The notes under the pieces: generated by a model
The model's database searches: none
What the model saw: the letters and a program-made list of their open reading frames with translations, nothing else
Told to the model about the DNA's origin: nothing
DNA from: Thecamonas trahens ATCC 50062
Lineage: Eukaryota > Protista > Apusomonadida
Length of the DNA: 64,000 nt
NCBI RefSeq assembly: GCF_000142905.1
Contig: NW_013657627.1
Span: forward strand, 233,565 to 297,564
Direction of reading: 5' to 3'
Position numbers and translations under genes: made by a program
Shown: positions 45,202-55,100 of the stretch, piece after piece
Layout: each line of letters starts with the position of its first letter
How positions within the stretch are numbered: the stretch's first letter is position 1

Positions 45202-45498
45202 TACACGCATATATATATATAAGTCAGTCACCCAACCCCCCAGGCCCCCAAGCTCTCTGCCGCCCTTTGTCCCGGTCACCTCGCTCGCAACTGCTCCGTT
45301 GCCATACCAAAAACGGACCACCATGCGTGACCACCTACCGCATCACCACCACCATCATCATCATCATCATCACATCCCCACACACACACCACCACCACCG
45401 CCACACCGCTACCACCGCCATGTACATACCTGTCTTTGGGCTTCGACCCAGGTCTCGTCATGGATATACACCTCGCCTTCGCTCTCGCCGTCCGACAT
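41141..45498 (-). CDS. Tandem CH (actinin-type) + AAERE helical repeat + SH3 + TerD-like + PH protein; exon 1 45430..45498, intron 45110..45429
   Basis: Splicing GTATGT...GGACAG gives ETWVEAQRQTFGAWVNVVL (CH1). Also VILGLIWNLIQSY, EPDIPSLFTYVAQFY (CH2); SH3 ARTLFAFEGEDDDELPFAAGD...GWFVAERDGQVGYVPSNYL; PH GFVWKKGGKRRNWKKRFMLL...EKDFWLTTV. Confidence 0.88.
43720..44440 (-). repeat. Coding tandem repeat encoding (AAEREAAE)n
   Basis: Repeated GCTGCCTCACGCTCG units; in frame in the CH-SH3-PH gene. Confidence 0.95.
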
Positions 45499-46449
45499 GT
45501 TGGCCTCTCAGGCGAGTGAGGTGTCGCTGGCCTCGTCGTCTCGGCTCGGCACCCACCGGCCTCCGGAGCGATCCATCCGCTGCATGGGCCCATCGCGTCT
45601 CGGACATGACATGCCTTAGATCACAAGCGCAATGTATGATCGGACGTGTTGGCTCCGATCAGGGGATGAGCGCGGACAGCACGTTCGTGCAGCTGCTGAC
45701 AGCCAGATCCGTCCGTCCCGGGGAGCTCGGGGCGGCTGGATCGGAGTGAGCTGGTTGATCTGAGCCGATACTAACGATAGAATGCTCAGCATCCAGATCA
45801 TTCTGGCTGGCCGTATCCCATCCTGAGCTTAAGCACACATGCAATCGCGGTCTTAAAGAACTGCATGTGAGGTCATGATGTGCACTATTTTACGAGTGGC
45901 TGATCAATGCTCTTCTGGCTCACACAAAGCATATCCGACTGCAACTCTCGTTGTGACCATTCTACACACAGTCGCACATCACTAACCCCTACAATGCGAC
46001 GGCTACCATGCCAACATCAAGTGCTCTCAACTGAAGCTCATCATCTTAGCCCGCACACCGCAAAGGCCGAAAATACAACCGGCCGCTGCGCGCAACTCGA
46101 TCCTTCTCATCTCATGCGAGCACGCATGAGGCTCCGATCTCGGCTACCCTTGCTTCTTGTCCCCTTCCACCCCCTCCCTCCCCCCCCCACTACCAGTACC
46201 AACACTGTAGAATGAGCTATTTTGTAACATGATCGATCGATGCCATCTCCTTTCGTCTCGCGTGAGCCATCGTCGCCATGGAACGATCCTTCAAAGTTTG
46301 GACAGGCGACGAGTGGCGGTCGGCGGGGGGCGTCGCATACGCGCCAGGTTGGCTGACCGGCCGGCTGACAGTCGGCGACCGTGGTGGCGGCGGCAAAGTA
46401 CTTCTCGCCCTGGCACCGACCTTGTTGAGACGGTTGTGTAGAGCAAAGG

Positions 46450-47562
46450 ATGATCATCTACGCAGTGGTTGCCCGCGGGGCGACCATCCTCGCTGACCAC
46501 GCCACGGCGTCCGGCAACTTTACCACCATTGCCCCTATGATTCTGGAGAAGGTGAACCCGTCGCACAACGAGAAGCGCTCGTATGCCTACAACGAGTATG
46601 TCTTCCACTACATGGTCGAGGACGGCCTCATCTTCATGGCCATGACCGACAAGGGTACGGTTTCCTTCCCGCTTCCTCCACCCTGTTGCTTTGGCACATG
46701 TCCCTCGCCATCCCCCCCTCCCCCCCCAATCCGTCAGCCTTGTCGCGCCCGCGCCGAGCCCTTGTTCCGTCTCGTCCCCCCGCCACCTCCCGCTCGCCGC
46801 ACCACCCAGCCCTTCCCACCTCGCGTGTTCCGACATCCGCTTGCCACAGCCACATGCATGGCAGGAGACTACGGGTGTGTGCGGTGCTGTGCGGGTGGGG
46901 CAGGTGGTCTGGCAGCCTGGCTGTGGCCGTGATCGCGGTCGTGATCACGACGGTGATCACGACGGTGATCATGACCGCCCACCGGAAAAGGCCGTAGATG
47001 CGAGGACGTGGACGAGCGGGAGAGTGATGGGCATGGCGAGAGACTCACAGCGGGATTGGTTACTGATGGATGTATGGATGGTCGGGAATGGGTGCGGACA
47101 GATACCAAGAAGCGGATTCCGTTTGCGTTTCTGGCAGACGTCTCGCAGAACTTCCACGCTGAGATCCCCAACCCGCGGCAGTGGCAGACGGCGCAGGCGT
47201 ACGAGCTTAATGATCGGTTTGGACGGCGGCTTGCGGAGCGGACCGACTTCTTCTCGAACAACCCCAGCGCGGACAAGATCGGACACTTGCAGGCCCAGAT
47301 CGAGGACGTCAAGGGGGTGATGGTGGAGAACATCGAAAAGGTGCTCGAGCGCGGCGAGCGAATCGAGGTCCTTGTCGATCGGACTGATCAGCTCAACTCG
47401 CAGGCACAAGTCTTCCAGAAGCGGTCGACACAGCTCAAGCGCGCCATGTGGTGGCAGAACATGAAGATGCAGCTCCTTCTCGGCTTTGTCTGCATCCTCA
47501 TCATCTTCATTATCATCTGGGCCGCCTGCGGCATCTCCTTCCAGCGGTGCAAGAAGAAGTAG
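46450..47562 (+). CDS. VAMP7: Longin R-SNARE VAMP7; intron 46655..47101
   Basis: MIIYAVVARGATILA...GNF...YVFHY (longin). Splicing GTACGG...GGACAG gives TDKDTKKRIPFAFL. R-SNARE VKGVMVENIEKVLERGERIEVLVDRT; C-terminal TM. Confidence 0.96.
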
Positions 47563-47764
47563 ACATCACGCCCCCCCCCCCCCCCCCCCCCCCCGCCCCC
47601 TCCACCGGCCACTGCACCAGCAGCTGCACAATACACACACCATACCCCACCCACCCCCTTTCTGCCCACCCAATCCCATGTTGACATCACACTCGCACGC
47701 ACCTGCCTTTCTATTGCTTCGACGGCCACTCGTCCTCCCCCCCCCCTCACCTCCCGGACAAGCC

Positions 47765-48772
47765 ATGGAGAAACTCGCTGGACGGTGCCAGGTGCTGCAG
47801 ACTGCTGTGACGGGCCAAGTACGACTGTCCATCTCATCGGTGGCTGGAGTCTCGACCTCTGTCGTCCTTCACTCATCCAAGCTCGTCTTTGACATGGGCT
47901 CGTTCGACTCGTTGCTCCCGGCGGCTGCCATCTTGGGCGCTTCTGTGGTTCTCTGCAGTCATGGGCATCTTGATCATTCGTCTGGAGTCATTCAGCATGC
48001 GTCGCGCCGGTCACTGATGAACAGATCAAGCACGTCGACGTATGTGGTACCGGCTGGTCCGGCCGAGAACGCCATGCAGGCGTACTTTGAGTCGGCAGAG
48101 CTGCTCACCGACTCGCCTCTGGGCGCCACTGTTGTTGGCGCTGTTGTTGGCGAGAGCTTTGATCCGCATGCTCTCGCTGGTCTTGCCTCGCGTCGACTGC
48201 GTGTCACACCTTTGGAGGCCATCCATCGAGTGGATGCCGTTGGCTATCTCGTTGCTGAGGAGCGATCGGCGCTCAAGGCCGAGTACAAGGCGGCCATTGC
48301 TGACGGGAGCATGGCGACAGCAGATGTGGGCAGGCTCAAGCGCGAGGGCATAGAGGTGACCGAAGCCAGCATTGCCAAGATCTTTGCCTACTCGGGCGAC
48401 ACGACGATCGACTTTCTCACCAACGAGGCCAATCTGGCTGCGCTTGACGGCGTCTCGGTGCTGGCGCTCGAGTGCACGTACGTGGGGACGTCGCCCAACA
48501 CGACGCCGGCCAAGGCGCGTGAGCGCGGCCACGTGCACTTTGATCACATCGTTCAGGCCTACGCCGATGGAAATCGCGTGCTCCACTCGCTCGATGCCCT
48601 TGTTCTCCTCCACTTTTCCGCCGCGCACTCAGCCGCGCAGATTGTGGAAGACATCGCCACTACCGCACCACCCGGCCTCCTCGACAAGCTCTGGCTCGCA
48701 CTCCATCCGTCACACGGCTCGCTTCCAGACGCAGTTGCGACTCCCGAGACACCAGCCGGAGCTAGCAGCTAG
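47765..48772 (+). CDS. Short-form tRNase Z (TM-type-like metallo-beta-lactamase)
   Basis: SVAGVST, FDMG, SHGHLDHSSG (HxHxDH), HRVDAVGY, LKAEY...LKREGIEVT arm, AYSGDT, LECT, RGHVH, LLHFS. Confidence 0.85.
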   Translation: MEKLAGRCQVLQTAVTGQVRLSISSVAGVSTSVVLHSSKLVFDMGSFDSLLPAAAILGASVVLCSHGHLDHSSGVIQHASRRSLMNRSSTSTYVVPAGPAENAMQAYFESAELLTDSPLGATVVGAVVGESFDPHALAGLASRRLRVTPLEAIHRVDAVGYLVAEERSALKAEYKAAIADGSMATADVGRLKREGIEVTEASIAKIFAYSGDTTIDFLTNEANLAALDGVSVLALECTYVGTSPNTTPAKARERGHVHFDHIVQAYADGNRVLHSLDALVLLHFSAAHSAAQIVEDIATTAPPGLLDKLWLALHPSHGSLPDAVATPETPAGASS

Positions 48773-49241
48773 CGGCGCCACACTCGTTGACCACCTTCGA
48801 TCGCTCTGTCGCTGTTAGCCGCCGATCGATCCGATGAGCGTGCCCAAGCAGATTGAGATCGACACAAGCACATCTGATCTCTCCCTCCCCCCCATTACCA
48901 TGCAGCTGTCTGCAGATGCCATCCAGCCCATGTCAGCAGTTATTGCGGTCGCTGTAGTCGTTGTGGTCGGTGGTGTCGCTGTTGATAGCCAATGGATCCG
49001 AGCTTCCATTGCGAGCGGACGGAAGGCCCACAGGCGACCGCAAGAGCAGAGGGAGGAGCAGGCACCTGGACTGGGACCGTCACCGTCAACAGGCGCAGAC
49101 ATAGACATAGACAGAAGACACTCGACGTGAGTAAAACGCAAGAGACCTACTTCCACCCCCATCTACAAGCATACCTAGAGGGAGAGAGCGTGTCTGTGTC
49201 CGTGTCTCTGTGGCTGCGTCTCGGGTCTCTCTGTCTCGGCC

Positions 49242-51252
49242 ATGTCTGACTTCGTCTCGCTTCCCGAGGAAGCACTGGTACGGGTGGTGGCTCACCTGGA
49301 TGTGGCCTCGGTGGTGGCTCTCTCTGCCACATGCTCACATGTATGTTGTAAAAGGGGGATGATTGGGATGGGGATGGGCAGGGTGGTGATAGAGGGTCTT
49401 ACTGTGTGGGCTGATGGTTGTGCTGGTTGTGCTGGTTGTGCTGGTTGTGCTGGTTTTGCTGGTTGTGCTGTTTGTGCTGGTTGTGCTGGTTGTGCTGGTT
49501 GTGGTGGTTGTGGTGGTTGTGGTGGTTGTGCTGATCGACCTGCTCGTGCTGCTCATACTGATGCTGGTTGTACTGATCGACCTGCTCGTGCTGCTCATAC
49601 TGATGCTGGTTGTACTGATCGACCTGCTCGTGCTGCTCATACTCGTGCTGGTTGTACTGATCGACCTGCTCATGCTGCTCATACTCGTGCTGGTTGTACT
49701 GATCGACCTGCTCATGCTGCTCATACTCGTGCTGGTTGTACTGATCGACCTGCTCGTGCTGCTCATACTCGTGCTGATCGTGCCGATCGTCCTGATGCTG
49801 CTGGCCGTCACAGCTGCGCCGCGTGGCAACCAACGATAAGGTCTGGCGCGAGCTGGCGCGCAACCAGTATACGCTGGCGACAAGCGAGATGGCGGCAATC
49901 GATGGGTTTCTGAACCGCTGCGAGCCGTTGCATGGCTGGCGGGCTCTGGCGATGGGCTGGATGGACACAGACGCACGCCTCGCCAAGTCCACTCACGGAC
50001 TCTGGTCGCGCCGGTGCCAGGTCGAGGGCGGCTGGGACTACAACGAGTACACCGAATCGGAGGCCGGATTTGTTCTCCGGCTTGAGCCGGGCACCCTGTC
50101 TTTGTTGTCGAGCATTTTGAGCCTCCCAAGGACATGTTTCTTGTTGTTGCGCCGCTGAAGACGTACACGGGCCAACCGCAGAGCCAAATAGGGCTCATCT
50201 CTGCGCACGCGCTTCCTCCTGCCATCGCTCTGCGCCGAGTCGACTACCTGCGGGCGTTGATGCCATCGGCCCACACCGCTTCTTCGGCCAACTCTTCCAA
50301 TGATGAGATGGAGACGCTGCAGATGCTGCTGACGAGCCTGCTGGCGCTCGCCCTGCTTGCGGGGTTTACTCTCGGCACGGCGTCCAAGCTCCTGCTCGGC
50401 GCCACCTTTCCGTCGTGGCTCCTCCTCTCGTGCCTGCTACAGGGTCTGCTCCTGCTTGGCGGGTACGCGGCGATCACGCGCCTTGCACGCTTTGTCGCCT
50501 CGCCAACCGCAGCTGTGTTTGGGCGCTCGACCGGCGATGAGGCGCTCGTCCAGCTGGTAGTGGTCTGCTGGCTGGTGGCAGCAATGCTGACGGTCTTTGG
50601 CGTGGCGCTGCGGCTGGACGCGCCGCCGTCGCCTGCTGTCGCGTGGTCGACTGTGCTCCGCCCGCTGTCATGGGCGCACACGATGACCGCCCTCGCCCCG
50701 GTCATCCGACTTGTCCTCCACGAGAGCGACACCGCCGTCCTCTCGCCAGCGCGCCTGGCCTGGCTCTATCTTGGTGCCCCACTCACGCTCCATCTCCCGC
50801 TCTATGTCTTTCTCTCCGGCCTTGCCACCAACCTCGACGCATCGACGCGGTCTTGTCTCTCTGTGGCGGCACCGCTGCTGGCCATCGAGTGCGGCGCGGG
50901 CTGCCTGCTTCTGCTTCACGCACTCTACGGGCGCGGGACGACTCTTGTCAAGTTTACCGCCTATCTTGTCGACCGCGGTGCCGTCCTCCGCGGCCTGCCT
51001 GACGTTCACGCCGAGCGGCGGGGAGCAGTGACTCGCATCGCCACCGGCTTGGCCTGCCTCATCCTCGGGCAACTGGTCTTTTGCCACGCCATCGACGGCA
51101 CGCCTCCGCTCCCAGCATTTATGGCGGCCTGGATCCCGTCGCCACACATGCTCATTATTGCCGGCCTCGCTCTCGCCCTCGCCGCCCTCACCCGCACACT
51201 CTCCTCGCTCTGCTCTACCATCTCTGCCCTCTCCACCATGATCCACCCATAA
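49242..51252 (+). CDS. F-box protein with degenerate SH3-like segment and multipass membrane C-terminus; intron 49341..49813, -1 frameshift at about 50092
   Basis: Splicing GTATGT...CACAG gives an intact F-box LPEEALVRVVAHLDVASVVALSATCSHLRRVATNDKVWRELA. One added C joins it to the 50134..51252 frame, which has about 8 hydrophobic helices. Confidence 0.72.
49415..49800. repeat. Intronic repeats: 9-bp (TGCTGGTTG)n then about 6 copies of a 42-bp unit
   Basis: Unit CTGATCGACCTGCTCGTGCTGCTCATACTGATGCTGGTTGTA, within the F-box gene intron. Confidence 0.92.
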
Positions 51253-51524
51253 CCGAAGCCCAACTCAACGTCGCGCCACCGGCGCCATAGCTCCGTGTCA
51301 CCCAAAGCCGAAAGCCGTCGCTGTCAACACACCAAAGTCACCCGGCTAGCCACTGACCCGCCCCGCCCCCACCACCACGGCCACCCCCAGTCACCCACGC
51401 ACCCCACCCCCCCCACCCCACCCCCCACCCCATTCCACCCCCTCCCCCCCACCCTCCCCCTTACCACCCCCACCACCCCCGCCCCGCCCCTCCCCTCCCC
51501 TCCCCCCGCACAACCCCGCAGGTC

Positions 51525-52121
51525 ATGGCCGGGCGACGGCTGCCCAACGCGCCCACGTTTCTTGAGCACGGACGGTACCGGTTCCTCATTACGGACGCGC
51601 CGCTGGAGAGCAACCTCTCACTGTACCTGGACGAGTTCACCAAGTACTCTGTGAGCCATATGGTCCGTGTCTGTGAGCCGTCATACTCGTCCGAGCCTGT
51701 CCTTGCCCGCGGCATTGAGTTTCATGATTGGGCTTTTACCGACGGCGAAGCTCCGCCAAGTCACATTGTCGATGAATGGCTGGCTCTGGTTGCCGCTACC
51801 TTTGGCTCAGACTCGTCATCGTCGTCGTCCACCGCTGCTGGTTCCGGCGCCGGCTCTTCATCTGCTGCTGCTCCTTCTTCTTCTTCTGCTACTGCTATGT
51901 CCTCCTCCGCTAAGCCGGCCATCGCCATCCACTGCGTGGCGGGCCTCGGTCGCGCTCCTGTCATGGTCGCCATCGCCCTCATCGAGTCGGGCATGGACTG
52001 GGTCGAAGCCGTCGAGATCATCCGCGAGAATCGTCGTGGCGCCCTCAACAGGACCCAGCTATCATACCTCGAGCACTACACCCCGCGCTCGCGCTCGGGC
52101 TGCTCGTGCACCATCCTCTAG
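51525..52121 (+). CDS. PTP4A: PRL-family prenylated phosphatase (PTP4A)
   Basis: RFLITDAP, VRVCEPSY, DWAFTDGEAPP, HCVAGLGRAPVMVA, IRENRRGALN..QL, CaaX CTIL. Confidence 0.95.
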   Translation: MAGRRLPNAPTFLEHGRYRFLITDAPLESNLSLYLDEFTKYSVSHMVRVCEPSYSSEPVLARGIEFHDWAFTDGEAPPSHIVDEWLALVAATFGSDSSSSSSTAAGSGAGSSSAAAPSSSSATAMSSSAKPAIAIHCVAGLGRAPVMVAIALIESGMDWVEAVEIIRENRRGALNRTQLSYLEHYTPRSRSGCSCTIL

Positions 52122-52187
52122 CCACACACCCTCCCCACCTCACCCCGCCCGATAAAGCCCAACCTCTCTCTGCCTCGACTTTGTTCA

Positions 52188-55100
52188 TTAAACACAGTCT
52201 GCAAGGACCTCGACCTCGCCTGCAAGCGCCGCCATCTCGTGGTAGTTGGCGATGTTGCCAAAGGCCTGCATGGCGACGGCGATGTCGTCGCGCGAGACGG
52301 CGAGCTTGAACTCGCCCGAGCACTCGCAGTACCGGCGGAGGTTGGAGAGCTTGACCTGGCGGCACTTGTTGCAGACCAGGTCCTGCAGCTGAAAGGCGGT
52401 GATCTTGGCGTGGAGCTCGTCGATGAGCCGTGCCTCGATGGCGGCCTTGTCGGCGGCGTGGCCGCAGATGGCGCAGCCCCAGTCGCCCTTGGTCACCCGC
52501 GGATCGCGGGCGAGGTCGACCGACCGCGACGCGTTGCAGTACGAGCAGATGACGTTCTGCAAGATGTACGTCAGGCATGGGTTGCGGAACTCGGCTGACG
52601 ACGCAAACTCGGGCACGCCGAGGATGCGGAGGAGCGATCGCTTGAGTTTGTCGACCTGGCTCTCGAGCGCCTTGTCGAGGTAGAAGACCTGCGTGACGTA
52701 CTTGACAAACTCGAGGCCTGGCGAGTCGAGCGGAAGGTGCGAGCCTGCCAGGCGCGGAAAGTCGGCCTTGTGGTACTGCCGCGACTCGGTGACAGCGGTG
52801 AAAAGCTGCTGCGCGTAGTGGTCGCCGATGAGCGCCCGCGCGTAGTCCTGCAGCGTCTCGGCGCCGTAGAACGCGCCTGCCGCCGGCGCGCCAGCCTCGG
52901 GCCCGCCCACGGCCTCGAGCCGCTTAGTCGCCTTGAACTCGTACATCTTGTAGATGTACTCGGAGACGACAAAGACAAACTGCTCCTCAAGCGGCTTGGG
53001 CAGATAAAGCGACATGTCCCAGTTGGAGATGACCTGCTGGGCTTGTGAGGTGGCGCGGAGCGCAGCGCGGGTGATGGCCCGCGCCTCCTCGGGCGAGCGC
53101 GCCGCCTCGGCCTTGTCAAACTCGGCCGCCAGCTCATCGACCACGTGCGGCTTGACCCGGATGCCGCCGTAGTTGGCCGGGTCGACAAACATGAGCTCGG
53201 CCCAGTACGCCGAGATGTGGACGCCCAGAAAGTGGAAGAGCGGCGTCTCGCCCACAGCCTTGAGCACGTACGCAATGTACGCCTCGGCGTTCTCCAGCTG
53301 GGTCTTTGACGTGGCGAGAATGATTTTCTCAAACGAGCCGTACACAATGTGCGCGCCGAGCGAGCGGAGCTTGGCCAGAAGCTGGAGGAAGACCTTCTTC
53401 ATCATCATGTGGACCAGCGAGTGCAGTTGCGGATCGTAGAGCTTCGACTTGGGGTCCTGCAGCCAGCGGTAAAAGTGCATCTGGAGCGCGTCCGCGCTGG
53501 TGTTCCGCCCGTGGCCCACGTCCACCGACCACTGGTGGACAAGAGCCTTGATGATTTGCAGCGCCGGTGCGGCGGCGAGTTCGTCTGACCCACCGCCGGC
53601 CGCCTCGTTGAGCACCGCCGGCCCGGCCAGCCCGCCCTCGATGAGCGCTTCCATCGACGTCGCCGGGCCTGACGCCGTCGCGCCAGACTTGGCCAGCACC
53701 GGCCCGCCGCCCACGCTCGCCTCCAGCGAGCCCTCGAGAGCAGAGAGGTACGTCGACTGGAGGATGGTGTTGATGGCGAGCGAAGAGAGCTCCAGCTCCA
53801 CACACACCGTGTGGTACGCGCCGGCCGAGACAAACTCCGGGTTGACCACTGGCGCGGCGACAGCGGCAAAGTCGTCGGCCTCGGACCCGCCGAGATCTGG
53901 AAGCGCCGAGAGCGAGGTCCACGCCACAAAGTTGTTTTCGGCGAGGAGCCGTGCGACGGCAATGTCGGTGATGCCGAGCGCGTAGTCCTCTTCGAGGCTA
54001 CCAATCGGCACTCGCGCGTACCGGGCAAGCGGCAGCTGGTTGCCCCACCACTCGTGCATGACAAAGTACCGGGCGAGGCCGCGCTCCACTGCCGCGGCCT
54101 GCCACCCAAGCGGCTCGTACTGCGAGTCGGCGACGTTGGCCGGGACGGTGAGGACAGGCACGGCGGCGAGGGTCGGGATCTCGCGCTGGAGGGTGGCCTT
54201 GTCTGCCGGCGAGCAGATCGAGACCACGGCGTTGCCATCGTAGTAGCCGACGAGCTCGTTGACCTCGCGGTAGCCGCGCGCGAGCCGCTTGACCAGTGTG
54301 ACAGCAACTGTGTAGCGTGCAGCGGCAGCGTCGGCGGCAGCCTCGACCTCGGCCATTGACTGCCAGCCGCCAGCGGCAGCGACGGCCGGCGGCGGCGGCT
54401 CCGTGCCTGCCAGCAGGCGCGCCTTGAGGACGCTTGCGAGGACGGCGCGGACCTTGACGCCCGAGCGCGAGATGTCGCTGCCAGTGAGCCGGCGGACTGG
54501 ATCGGCCGCCGACGGATCGACGAGGACCAGGTCGAGCTTGGAGCCAAAGGCCGGAAAAACGACAAAGACGGCGCGGGCGCGTGTAGCGTTCCGCTCGAGC
54601 GCAGTCGCCGAGTGGTAGATCATGAGGTGGGCCGCCGAGCCGAGCGAGCTTGTGCCCTCGGCGCCCGGCAGGTACGGGGCGGCCGATGGGGCGAGCGGGC
54701 GCAGGTCAGCGAGGTCGTATACGTGCTCCGAGACAGCGTGGAAGCGGGCGGAGCGGGCGATCTCAAAAACGCAACCGAGCGAAGAGACAGCCCGAAAGTA
54801 GAGCGGAGTCTGGTTCTCGTACACGCCCTCGACGTCTGGGTGGGCAAAGAACGAGGCGAGCTCCTTTGCGTGTGACCGGTAGATGGTCTCGGCCATAGAG
54901 AACTGGTACAGGTGCATGGGCTTCTTGGAGCGTGGCAGAGCCTTGGTGACGAGCACGCCTGAGGGGTTGGCGTCGGCCACGCGCGAGTTGACGAAAAAGG
55001 TGCGGGCGACGCGGATGTGGAGCGAGCGGACGGCACCGCGGACAAGGGCCCAGACCCGAAAGACGCCTGGGCCGTGTGAGTGCGATGCGTCGTCGATGCA

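Noticed and set aside
45870-45906. Possible C/D box snoRNA (ATGATGT...CTGA)
   Set aside because: Imperfect C box and far too short.
48834-49130. 98-aa ORF with a hydrophobic stretch
   Set aside because: Short, no recognisable motif and weak codon bias.
49399-49992. QYNQHEYEQHEQVD repeat protein on the minus strand
   Set aside because: Antisense reading of an intronic repeat; plus-strand splicing restores a clean F-box.
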